Positions 56,216-64,000 of a DNA stretch of 64,000 bases are shown one piece after another. A program made the translations under genes and the position numbers. This stretch comes from Flavobacteriales bacterium. Its GTDB lineage: Bacteria; Bacteroidota; Bacteroidia; Flavobacteriales; BACL11. The notes below the pieces were generated by a model, which saw only the letters and a list, made by a program, of their open reading frames with translations, was not told the origin of the DNA and searched no databases. The stretch lies in contig JAAZYM010000018.1 in NCBI GenBank assembly GCA_014239655.1, forward strand, positions 12,700 through 76,699, in the 5' to 3' direction. Within the stretch, counting starts at the first letter, position 1; each line of letters starts with the position of its first letter.

Positions 56216-56979
56216 GCCTTTTGGCAATAATAGATTATCTCGTTTTTATCTAGAGCATATCTTTCAACAAGTTTCGGGTCTATTTCATTTATATAATTAC
56301 TCTCTGTTACCTTAAATCCGGCAGCTGATAGTCTTGCACCATAATCTCTACCAAATAGCCTTAGATGATCACTTTGCCAATATAATTGTTCTCTTTCTCT
56401 TGGATCAGTTACACTCTTGTCTTCAATGGTATTTGGATTGTTATAATCTATTGGAACTTGAAATATTCCCCAACCACCTGGCTTCATTACCCTATAAAAT
56501 TCTCTCATAACCTTATCTGAATCATCAACATGTTCTAATACGTGGTTGCATATTACAACATCAAAAGTGTTTTTCTGAAAAGGAATTTCATGAACATCCA
56601 TCTTTACATCAGCCCAAGGTGATATTAGGTCAGCAGTTAAATAATCAAGATTCTTCATTCCTTTAAATATTTTTATAAAACAATATTCAGGAGCTATATG
56701 AAGAAATTTTAATTTATTAGTAAAGAAGTTAGTCTTGTTTTTTAAGAATAGCCACATTAATCTATGTCTTTCTAGGCTTAAGCTATCTGGGGCTATAGCA
56801 TTCTCTCTAGGCTCTAACCTCCCATAAGGAAGAAGCTTTCGGTATGTTTTTCCATTAATAGGATCTTCAAATTTATTACCTCTTAAAAACAAAGAAAATA
56901 TTTTTAAAAAGAAATGACTTACATGTTGTAAATAATGTCTTGGTATAATTCTAGTGGCTATTGATATAAGTAATTTCAT
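56212..56979 (-). CDS. Class I SAM-dependent methyltransferase
   Basis: Methyltransf_11-like region FDVVICNHVLEHVDD...MKPGGWGIF. 255 aa. Confidence 0.7.
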   Translation of the reverse strand: MKLLISIATRIIPRHYLQHVSHFFLKIFSLFLRGNKFEDPINGKTYRKLLPYGRLEPRENAIAPDSLSLERHRLMWLFLKNKTNFFTNKLKFLHIAPEYCFIKIFKGMKNLDYLTADLISPWADVKMDVHEIPFQKNTFDVVICNHVLEHVDDSDKVMREFYRVMKPGGWGIFQVPIDYNNPNTIEDKSVTDPREREQLYWQSDHLRLFGRDYGARLSAAGFKVTESNYINEIDPKLVERYALDKNEIIYYCQKA

Positions 56980-56983
56980 AGTC

Positions 56984-57301
56984 TTAGTCTAGATTAAAAT
57001 ATTTTGAGAATCCCATTTTTATAAGCATCTTCTTTTCAAATTGCCAGAAGAACTTAAATTGACCAAAAAGAAAGCCAATAATTAAAATCAATACTTGATA
57101 TACAGGAAATACAATTAGTAGTCTTAGGGGGGTAAATATCCAAGGATTAACGGTTTCTTTATCTAGACCAACAACCTCTAGGATAGGATCACTTACAACA
57201 AGAGAAAGAGATCCGGTGATAGCAAAAACAATTAAAATTAGAATTATTTGGAAATTACTTTTTATTCCCCACTTCAGTTTCAACTTACTCATCCATTCCA
57301 T
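56984..57301 (-). CDS. Small membrane protein of unknown function (two TM)
   Basis: 105 aa with two clear hydrophobic helices. It is tightly packed between the methyltransferase and the MFS gene. Confidence 0.45.
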   Translation of the reverse strand: MEWMSKLKLKWGIKSNFQIILILIVFAITGSLSLVVSDPILEVVGLDKETVNPWIFTPLRLLIVFPVYQVLILIIGFLFGQFKFFWQFEKKMLIKMGFSKYFNLD

Positions 57302-57322
57302 TGTGCAAAAATAGAGAATTAA

Positions 57323-58411
57323 TTATTGATTATTTAATTTATATACGGCTAAAAGACTTGTAGTTCCAATCAAAAAAGCAAGTATGTAGAAAACATATGA
57401 GATGCTATACAGATCAGTTATATAACCTAGTACAGGAGCTATCAATGCAAAAGATATTCTTATCATAAAGCTTCTTAATGATAAAACAGTAGCTCTTCTT
57501 TCAGAAGTTGAATTTATATTAATTAAATTTCTAAGATTGGGAGTGATTATTCCTCTAATTATATATATGAACACAATAAATATAAATCCATAAACAGTAA
57601 TATTTAAACCTAAAGATATAAATGATATAAACATTAGTAAAGATATATAAGTCAACAGATTATGGTTTTTAAATACATATGAATAATAGGATATAATTCC
57701 AGTGATAATATTTAATGATGCCCATATTATTCCATAATATACTAGGGGTGTATCTAATTCTAATAGGAATGGTTGAACAAACCATGCTATAGATAAAGTA
57801 CCTACCCCCATAGCTGATGAATAAATTATATACCATTTTAATTTATCATGATAAAGAAATGTTTCTTTAACAACTAACAATATAGAATTGAAATTTTTAG
57901 CTAGCTTATATGAACTCTTGGGTTCAACTAATGAATAGGCTATTGGAATACTAAAAAATATTACAATCGTTTGTATATATACAGGAAGATTTAGAGATGT
58001 TACTGCTAGAAAACCTCCCAGAATACCTGCTAAACCTTCAGATATATTTCCTATTCCATAGTTTCTTCCTTCTATTTTAGTGTAGTCTTTATCTTGCTTC
58101 ATTTCTAGTAAAGAATCATAGATAATAGCACTATCAGCTCCAGAGACTAAGCTATAGCCTAAACCAAGTAATATCTCTGCAACAAAGAATTCATTAAATC
58201 CAGAAAAGAAAGAAAATATTAAGTTACCAGAAAATATAAATATAGAACCATAAAATAATGACAACCTTCTACCGTAAATATCAGCAAAAAAACCTGATGG
58301 AATTTCAAACAAAGCAACTGATAATGAATAAATTGCTTGAAGAATCATTATTTGAGTCAATGACAATCCATGTTCTTCAAAAAAAAGGACAATAATAGGC
58401 ATTACAATCAT
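57323..58411 (-). CDS. MFS transporter, apparently N-terminally truncated by an upstream in-frame TAA (see finding)
   Basis: The MFS signature PSGFFADIYGRR lies after TM2, with about 11 TM segments. The called start leaves only about 10 hydrophobic residues for TM1. The same frame continues upstream through a TAA (58421-58423) to ATG 58468. Confidence 0.7.
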   Translation of the reverse strand: MIVMPIIVLFFEEHGLSLTQIMILQAIYSLSVALFEIPSGFFADIYGRRLSLFYGSIFIFSGNLIFSFFSGFNEFFVAEILLGLGYSLVSGADSAIIYDSLLEMKQDKDYTKIEGRNYGIGNISEGLAGILGGFLAVTSLNLPVYIQTIVIFFSIPIAYSLVEPKSSYKLAKNFNSILLVVKETFLYHDKLKWYIIYSSAMGVGTLSIAWFVQPFLLELDTPLVYYGIIWASLNIITGIISYYSYVFKNHNLLTYISLLMFISFISLGLNITVYGFIFIVFIYIIRGIITPNLRNLININSTSERRATVLSLRSFMIRISFALIAPVLGYITDLYSISYVFYILAFLIGTTSLLAVYKLNNQ

Positions 58412-58469
58412 AAACCATGTTTATGCTTTAAAAAGATACATTTTATTAATATTATCTTTTAGAGGCATT

Positions 58470-59363
58470 CTATGATCTTGGATGGAACTGCATTATATTG
58501 CTTCTAAGATAATCTTTGTCTAGATGTGTATATATTTCGGTTGTAGTTATACTCTCATGGCCTAACATTTCCTGTACTGCCCTTAAATCAGCACCTCCTT
58601 CGATTAGGTGTGTAGCAAATGAATGTCTAAAGGTATGCGGACTGACTTTTTTCTTAATTCCTACTTTCTCAATTATCTTTTTAATTAATGTAAAAATCAT
58701 TACTCTAGATAATTTACTCCCTCGGTTATTTAAGAACACAAAATCTTCATTATTTTTTTTGATTTTTTGATGTACCCTTATTTCATTGATATACAATAGG
58801 ATATATTTGATAGCATTTGAACCAATAGGGGTTAAGCGTTCCTTATCTCCTTTACCTATGATTTTTATATACCCTTCTTTAAATTGTATATTACTAATCT
58901 TAAGATTAATTAATTCAGTTACTCTTAAACCACAACTATATAAAGTCTCTATTATCGCTTTATTTCTTTGACCATGTTTTTTGCTTAAATCAAGTGATGA
59001 AATAATTAAATCTATCTCGTCAACACTTAGAACATCAGGTAGTTTTAGTCCTATTTTTGGGTTTTCTATTAACATTGTTGGATCATGGGTGATATAATCT
59101 TCTATAATTAGAAATTTATAGAATGATTTTATACCAGAAATAATTCTTGCTTGCGATCTAGAAGATATCCCTTGTTCATTTAATGTATTTATAAAAGCTC
59201 TTATATCTTTTGTTGATATAGAAAGTTCCGTTTTATTAATATCAGAAGAGAAGCTTGCCAGTTTTCTTATATCTCTTAAATAAGCTTGAACAGAATTATT
59301 TGCAAGTGAACGTTCAATCTGTAGGTAATATTTAAACTCCTTTATGGAACTCTCCCAACTCAT
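58470..59363 (-). CDS. xerD: Site-specific tyrosine recombinase XerD
   Basis: GLRVTEL (Arg box) and HTFRHSFATHLIEGGADLRAVQEMLGHESITTTEIYTH (HxxR...Y). 297 aa. Confidence 0.9.
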   Translation of the reverse strand: MSWESSIKEFKYYLQIERSLANNSVQAYLRDIRKLASFSSDINKTELSISTKDIRAFINTLNEQGISSRSQARIISGIKSFYKFLIIEDYITHDPTMLIENPKIGLKLPDVLSVDEIDLIISSLDLSKKHGQRNKAIIETLYSCGLRVTELINLKISNIQFKEGYIKIIGKGDKERLTPIGSNAIKYILLYINEIRVHQKIKKNNEDFVFLNNRGSKLSRVMIFTLIKKIIEKVGIKKKVSPHTFRHSFATHLIEGGADLRAVQEMLGHESITTTEIYTHLDKDYLRSNIMQFHPRS

Positions 59364-59380
59364 TTTTTTAAATTTGCTTT

Positions 59381-59797
59381 ATGAAAGTAATAATTATTAA
59401 TGGTCCAAATTTAAATTTATTAGGCAAAAGAGATGTGGCAATTTATGGTAATATTTCATTTGAAGAATATTTTGTTTCCTTAAAAGAACTTTTTCCTAGT
59501 ATAGAACTTTCTTATTATCAGTCAAATATTGAAGGAGAATTAATTGATAAGTTACATGAAGTTGGTTTTTCTTATGATCTTATTTTGTTGAATGCTGGTG
59601 GATACACTCATACTTCTGTTGCAATATCTGACGCCATATCTTCAATAGATACTGATGTGATTGAAATCCATATTTCAAATATTTTCTCAAGAGAAAAATT
59701 TAGGAGTGAATCTTTATTGTCTAAGAATTGTAAGGGGGTAATATGTGGTTTTGGACTTGAATCGTATCGATTAGCACTTTCCTCATTAAAGGTCTGA
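59381..59797 (+). CDS. aroQ: Type II 3-dehydroquinate dehydratase
   Basis: IIINGPNLNLLGKR, NAGGYTHTSVA, and EIHISNI motifs. 138 aa. Confidence 0.95.
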   Translation: MKVIIINGPNLNLLGKRDVAIYGNISFEEYFVSLKELFPSIELSYYQSNIEGELIDKLHEVGFSYDLILLNAGGYTHTSVAISDAISSIDTDVIEIHISNIFSREKFRSESLLSKNCKGVICGFGLESYRLALSSLKV

Positions 59798-60802
59798 GAA
59801 CTTATTTTTTCTTTTTAGATAGTATTTTAAGAGAATACTTGATTCATGTTTTCCCACGAGATTATTTTTTTGTGATATTTTTTGTCTTTTTATGATTAGA
59901 CTAGGTATTGATATATAAAATATTAGATGAGCTCTTAAAACAGCTAAAACATGGCCTAAAGCATGTTTTTTATTTAAAAAGCTAATACTTGCTATCCCAT
60001 CAAGAGGTAATCTTATTAAAATAGTAATTAAGAATTTTAGAAATGGTAGATTTTTAAACAACATAAATAAATTATTTCTAAAGTTTAGATAGGTTTTAAA
60101 AGGGGAGGAGGCCTTTAGTGTTCCACCTCCAACATGATAAACAATAGATTTTGGATTAACCATTATCTTATATCCCATATTTTTTAGCCTCCAACACAAG
60201 TCAATCTCTTCCTGATGTGCAAAAAAGTCATTGTCAAATCCATTCACTTGTTTAAAATGCTCAGCACGTACAAATAAACATGCGCCACTAGCCCAAAAGA
60301 CTTCTTTTTCATCATCATACTGATTATTATCCTCTTCAAGGTGATTAAATATTCTCCCTCTACAGTAAGGATATCCTAGCTTATCAATAAAGCCACCACT
60401 AGCACCAGCATATTCAAATTTATTTCTATTGTTATAGTCCAGTATTTTAGGTTGACATGCAGCAATTTGATCGTCATTTTCCATTAAGTCAATAATAGGA
60501 GTAATCCAATTATTAGTTACCTCCATATCTGAATTAATAAGTATAAAGTATTTTTCATTTAGATTTTCTAGGGCATCATTATATCCCTTTGCAAACCCTT
60601 CATTAGCATGATTTTGTATAATTTTTACAGTAGAAAAATTATCATTAACAAATTTTACTGATTCATCACTAGATGCATTGTCAGCCAGGTAGATATTAGC
60701 TTCTTTACTTTTCTCAATAATTGTAGGTATAAATTTCTTTAACCAATCAATTCCATTCCAATTAAGAATTACTACAGCAGTATTTATTTTTTGTGTTTCC
60801 AT
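59786..60802 (-). CDS. Family-2 glycosyltransferase
   Basis: AVVILNWNG, YLADNASSD, and NSDMEV (DxD-type) motifs. 338 aa with a C-terminal membrane segment. Confidence 0.75.
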   Translation of the reverse strand: METQKINTAVVILNWNGIDWLKKFIPTIIEKSKEANIYLADNASSDESVKFVNDNFSTVKIIQNHANEGFAKGYNDALENLNEKYFILINSDMEVTNNWITPIIDLMENDDQIAACQPKILDYNNRNKFEYAGASGGFIDKLGYPYCRGRIFNHLEEDNNQYDDEKEVFWASGACLFVRAEHFKQVNGFDNDFFAHQEEIDLCWRLKNMGYKIMVNPKSIVYHVGGGTLKASSPFKTYLNFRNNLFMLFKNLPFLKFLITILIRLPLDGIASISFLNKKHALGHVLAVLRAHLIFYISIPSLIIKRQKISQKNNLVGKHESSILLKYYLKRKNKFSDL

Positions 60803-61638
60803 CTATTATGCGACCAAAGATATGAATTTGGTTCTTCAATAATTTTTTCTTCTAAACGTTTAATAAACTTATTTGTTATATCTCCATATTTAGAATTCTG
60901 AGGATTATCTTCAATTATCTCAAATTTAATAACATAACATCCATTAGCTTCTTTAGTCATATTACAGAATAGTACTGGATAATCCATTTTCCTTGCAATC
61001 TTTTCAGCTCCAATAAAACATGGAACTGCTTGATTAAAGAAATTAGTCCAATATGTTTTGGAATTTACGATAGGATTTTGATCAGAAGCTAGCCCTATAA
61101 TTTTACAATTTTTATTATTAAATATATAATGAATGCTATCTTCCATTTCTACTAATATAACTCCAAACCTACTCCTTATTTTGAGCATTAATTTATCAAA
61201 GAATTTATTTGATAATTTTTTATAAATACCAATAAAATCTTGTTTAGCTACTATTGAGATAATCTGACTTGCCCATTCCCAATTATTATGATGACCCATC
61301 ATTAATATAATTGATTTGTTTTGTAATCTATATTTTTCTAAAAGCTCAGGATTTATAACTTTTATTCTATTAAGATAGAATGCTTTGTCGACACTTGCCA
61401 TCTTACATATTTCAATTAATAAGTTAAAAAAGTATAAATAAAATCTTTTCGCAACTTCTTTTTTATCTTTATCATTTAAAAGTGTAAGCGCATTTTTAAT
61501 GTTATTATTCACAATATTTTCTCTATATCTAAAGATGTAATTAAAGATTAAAAAAACAGGGTATAGGGTGAAATAAAGAATAGAAAAACTTAATGATGAT
61601 ATTAACCAAAAAAGAAAATATATAAATTTATGTATCAC
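60784..61638 (-). CDS. Lipid A biosynthesis (LpxL/HtrB-type) lauroyl/late acyltransferase family protein, start re-assigned to GTG 61638
   Basis: HX4E acyltransferase motif MGHHNNWEW. The N-terminal TM IHKFIYFLFWLISSLSFSILYF is typical of the family. The track ORF (to 61848) runs antisense through a tRNA-Ser gene and has no ATG in between, and GTG at 61636-61638 gives a 285-aa protein of family-typical length. Confidence 0.6.
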   Translation of the reverse strand: MIHKFIYFLFWLISSLSFSILYFTLYPVFLIFNYIFRYRENIVNNNIKNALTLLNDKDKKEVAKRFYLYFFNLLIEICKMASVDKAFYLNRIKVINPELLEKYRLQNKSIILMMGHHNNWEWASQIISIVAKQDFIGIYKKLSNKFFDKLMLKIRSRFGVILVEMEDSIHYIFNNKNCKIIGLASDQNPIVNSKTYWTNFFNQAVPCFIGAEKIARKMDYPVLFCNMTKEANGCYVIKFEIIEDNPQNSKYGDITNKFIKRLEEKIIEEPNSYLWSHNRWKHKK

Positions 61639-61760
61639 TTTTATTAAATTGAAAATATATAGATATGCGAAATTAAGAAATTGATATATAATGAATCTAT
61701 AATTAAACTTAATAAAGTTTTTATGGATTGAAAATATTTTTATTTTTGCAGACCACTTTT

Positions 61761-61845
61761 GGAGAGATGGCAGAGTGGTCGAATGCACTGGTCTTGAAAA
61801 CCAGCGTACAGCAATGTACCGGGGGTTCGAATCCCTCTCTCTCCG
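61761..61845 (+). tRNA. tRNA-Ser (anticodon TGA), class II with long variable arm
   Basis: Hand-folded. Acceptor GGAGAGA/TCTCTCC, anticodon stem-loop CTGGT-CTTGAAA-ACCAG, variable arm GTAC-AGCAAT-GTAC, T arm GGGGG-TTCGAAT-CCCTC, discriminator G. 85 nt, no encoded CCA. Confidence 0.9.
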
Positions 61846-61849
61846 CACT

Positions 61850-61879
61850 AAGCCCTTTCTAAAAGGGCTTTTTTGTTTT
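61850..61879 (+). terminator. Rho-independent terminator after tRNA-Ser
   Basis: A 9-bp stem AAGCCCTTT (61850-61858) pairs with AAAGGGCTT (61862-61870) around a 3-nt loop, followed by TTTTGTTTT. Confidence 0.7.
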
Positions 61880-61896
61880 AGGTTGTAATCTTGCGA

Positions 61897-63129
61897 CTAT
61901 CTCGACTTTTTTCTCTTTTTATTTCTATTTGCAAAAAATTCTTGTCTCTTTCTTTGTTTCTCTTTTTCGAATTCTTTCTTTTGCTGGAGATTCATAGGTT
62001 TTTCAGTTTGAAGGAAGGGATGATTTTGAACTGTTTCAATTTTTTGCTGTATTAACTTTTCTATACTCTTAGCGTATATATTCTCTTCTGGCTCACAGAT
62101 TGAGATAGCTACTCCATTTTCACCTGCTCTACCACATCTTCCTATCCTGTGAACATATGTTTCTGACTCATTAGGTATGTCATAATTTAGGACAAAACTT
62201 AACTTATCAATATCAATTCCTCTAGCAGCAATATCAGTAGCGACTAAAACTCGTATTTGCGAATCTTTAAAAGATTTTAATGCTTTTTGTCTTTGATTCT
62301 GAGATTTGTCTCCATGAATTGCTGAAGCCTGAATGTTTTTCTTTCTTAAATTCTTAACTATTCTATCCGCACCATGCTTAGTTCTTGAAAATAGTAATAA
62401 TTGATTTATTGATTGATCTTTTAATATGTAGAGCAATAAATCTTTTTTACTTGACTTATTTGTATAGTAGATGTATTGTTTAATAGTTTCAGCAGTTGAT
62501 GATACAGGGTCAACAGATATTCTTTTTGGATGTTTTAATATTTGAGATGAAAGATCTATAATGTTTTTAGGCATAGTAGCTGAGAAAAATAAAGATTGAC
62601 GCTCTTTTGGTAGTTGATTCAATATTTTTCTAATATCATGAATGAACCCCATATCTAACATTCTATCTGCCTCATCTAGCACAAAATAACCAATATCCTT
62701 TAATGATATAAACCCTTGTCCTATTAGATCTAATAACCTTCCTGGAGTTGCTATTAATATTTCTACTCCTTTAGCAAGCTTATTTGTTTGGGCCTCTTGT
62801 TTAACTCCTCCAAAAATAACAGTGTTTCGTACAGAATTATACTTTGAGTATACTGTAAAGTTTTCTCCAATCTGTATAGCAAGTTCTCTAGTAGGAGTCA
62901 CTACTAAAGCTCTTATTTTGTTATTTGTCCTTTCACTTATCAAATGATGTAAAATTGGTAATGCAAACGCTGCTGTTTTACCAGTACCTGTCTGAGCACT
63001 TCCAAGCACATCATTTCTCTTTAATACTAAAGGGATTGCTTTTTTCTGAATAGCAGTTGGTTGAGTGTAATTTTGATCTTTAACAGCTTTTAGTAAGCTA
63101 GAGTGTAAGTTTAAGTCTTCAAATCTCAT
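61897..63129 (-). CDS. DEAD-box ATP-dependent RNA helicase (RhlE-like) with a basic C-terminal tail
   Basis: Q motif region, AQTGTGKTAAF, VLDEADRMLDMGF, SAT, and HRIGRCGRAG. The tail is lysine/arginine-rich. Confidence 0.92.
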   Translation of the reverse strand: MRFEDLNLHSSLLKAVKDQNYTQPTAIQKKAIPLVLKRNDVLGSAQTGTGKTAAFALPILHHLISERTNNKIRALVVTPTRELAIQIGENFTVYSKYNSVRNTVIFGGVKQEAQTNKLAKGVEILIATPGRLLDLIGQGFISLKDIGYFVLDEADRMLDMGFIHDIRKILNQLPKERQSLFFSATMPKNIIDLSSQILKHPKRISVDPVSSTAETIKQYIYYTNKSSKKDLLLYILKDQSINQLLLFSRTKHGADRIVKNLRKKNIQASAIHGDKSQNQRQKALKSFKDSQIRVLVATDIAARGIDIDKLSFVLNYDIPNESETYVHRIGRCGRAGENGVAISICEPEENIYAKSIEKLIQQKIETVQNHPFLQTEKPMNLQQKKEFEKEKQRKRQEFFANRNKKRKKSR

Positions 63130-63155
63130 ATAAAATTTCTGTTCTAGAATTTTTA

Positions 63156-63163
63156 CAAATTTA
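63156..63163 (-). promoter_or_regulatory. Candidate -7 promoter box (TAAATTTG) for the DEAD-box helicase
   Basis: Exact TAnnTTTG match 26 nt upstream of the start at 63129. Confidence 0.35.
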
Positions 63164-63280
63164 AGTTATAATTTAAACTCATGAATTATTTTAAAAAATA
63201 ACTGATTACTCAGAAAATCAAATAATTTTATTAAGTTTGAATTACTAGATTGATTGCCAGTACAAAAAGAGGTGCAATTT

Positions 63281-63493
63281 TTAGTTTTTAAGCTTGTTTA
63301 CATCATGTAAAAGTAATGCGGTAACAATCTTGCTACCACTTATAGCCCATCCAAAACCAAAGATAATACCTCCAAATAAATATCTTGAAATACTAAAACT
63401 TTTTTCTTTTACTTCAATTTTTTCTCCAATCTTTTTGAATCCTACTTTTTCATAAAATTCTACCTTATTGTTTAATATGAATATTTTAAATGT
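63281..63493 (-). pseudogene. Start-less 70-codon open frame resembling the middle of a YeeE/YedE (sulfur-transport, DUF6691-like) membrane protein
   Basis: Manual translation gives TFKIFILNNKVEFYEKVGFKKIGEKIEVKEKSFSISRYLFGGIIFGFGWAISGSKIVTALLLHDVNKLKN*. The block YLFGGIIFGFGWAISG resembles the GGxxFGxGxxxxGxC motif of YeeE/YedE proteins. There is no ATG/GTG/TTG start, and the upstream end overlaps the amn 3' end out of frame. Confidence 0.35.
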
Positions 63494-64000
63494 TTAATGC
63501 TTTCACCATTGTTTTTAATTTCCATTAAAGACTCAAATCCTATTTGAATGTGTTGTTCTATGTACTTTTTATTCACTTTTTCATCAATTTTCTGAGTTTT
63601 TACTCCACTAGCAATCATTGGTTGATCAGAAACTAACAACAAGGCTCCAACTGAAATTTGATTAGCAAATCCAGCAATAAAAAGTGTAGCAGTTTCCATG
63701 TCAATAGCCATTACTCGTATTTTTTTCAGATACTCTTTAAAGTCCTTATCATGTTCCCAAACTCTTCTATTTGTTGTATATACTGTCCCTGTCCAATAAT
63801 CTCTATTATGTTTCCGAATAGTTGAAGATACGGCTCTCTGTAGTTTGAAGGCTGGAAGAGCCGGAACTTCTTTGGGAAGATAATCATTTGATGTTCCATC
63901 TCCTCTAATAGCAGCAAGAGGGAGTATAAAATCCCCTATTTTATTTTTTTTCTTTAGCCCACCACATTTTCCTAAAAATAAACATGCTTTTGGATTTATT
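63472..64000 (-). CDS. AMP nucleosidase / PNP_UDP_1-family nucleoside phosphorylase (5' end outside window)
   Basis: Manual translation of the minus strand from the window edge is continuous: ...GKCGGLKKKNKIGDFILPLAAIRGDGTSNDYLPKEVPALPAFKLQRAVSSTIRKHNRDYWTGTVYTTNRRVWEHDKDFKEYLKKIRVMAIDMETATLF... The track ORF 63472..63711 is therefore only the part after an internal Met. Confidence 0.75.
   Translation of the reverse strand, partial: INPKACLFLGKCGGLKKKNKIGDFILPLAAIRGDGTSNDYLPKEVPALPAFKLQRAVSSTIRKHNRDYWTGTVYTTNRRVWEHDKDFKEYLKKIRVMAIDMETATLFIAGFANQISVGALLLVSDQPMIASGVKTQKIDEKVNKKYIEQHIQIGFESLMEIKNNGESIKHLKYSY

Noticed and set aside
58470-59363. A tyrosine recombinase that might mark an integrated element, given tRNA genes in the window.
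   Set aside because: The sequence has full XerD-type motifs and the usual housekeeping context next to aroQ. It is not adjacent to either tRNA. No flanking direct repeats, phage, transposase or cargo genes were seen.
63726-63917. A 63-aa minus-strand ORF (MLLLEEMEHQ...) next to the 79-aa ORF 63472..63711, which suggested a frameshifted or split nucleosidase.
   Set aside because: Manual translation shows that the amn-like frame is continuous from the window edge (64000) to the stop at 63472. ORF 63726..63917 is simply an out-of-frame overlap, and MAIDMETA is an internal Met. There is no frameshift.
1-64000. A search by eye for CRISPR arrays, IS elements and inverted-repeat termini, prophage or integron modules, toxin-antitoxin pairs, restriction-modification or other defence systems, and compositionally atypical islands.
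   Set aside because: No regularly spaced direct repeats, no transposase- or phage-like ORFs, no small paired ORFs in spacers, and no obvious block of deviating base composition. The window reads as compact core genome.

Overview
This is a very AT-rich (about 30% GC by eye), tightly packed piece of a Bacteroidota chromosome, most likely a streamlined member of Flavobacteriia. The support for that placement is gldF/gldG gliding genes, several cargo proteins with T9SS-type C-terminal domains, the Bacteroidetes-type parE/parC pair, split transketolase, no Shine-Dalgarno signals, and TAnnTTTG -7 boxes upstream of many genes. I call about 55 protein genes, 2 tRNAs (Met-CAT and Ser-TGA), 3 intrinsic terminators and 12 candidate -7 promoter boxes. 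By my tally only about 2.2 kb of the 64 kb is not protein-coding. The content is mostly housekeeping: sucC, parE/parC, dnaN, gcvT, ribBA, tsaD, purC, rsmG, xerD, aroQ, ychF, pcm, lolD, transketolase and a DEAD-box helicase. Secreted or outer-membrane proteins are interspersed among them: two choice-of-anchor-B paralogs, a zinc metalloprotease, an FG-GAP protein, beta-barrel OMPs and a VWA protein. I found no CRISPR array, IS element, prophage, integron or recognisable defence/toxin system, and I cannot honestly point to a clear novel multi-gene system. The points most worth a second look are these. (1) Three gene-decay scars read directly from the sequence: an in-frame TAA near the 5' end of an MFS transporter, a 27-codon phnA/yjdM-like stub, and a start-less YeeE/YedE-like fragment. 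(2) A secreted VWA protein sits, with coding overlap, between the two halves of split transketolase. (3) A small membrane ORF is wedged, overlapping, between parE and parC. (4) A modular family of secreted proteins shares an N-terminal propeller module in one pair, and a C-terminal module plus a short non-canonical C-terminal tag in another pair. (5) There is an hbd / TIGR03032-like / FG-GAP operon. (6) Convergent genes systematically overlap at their 3' ends, including shared palindromic TTAA stops. All functional calls rest on motif recognition by eye and no database search was run.
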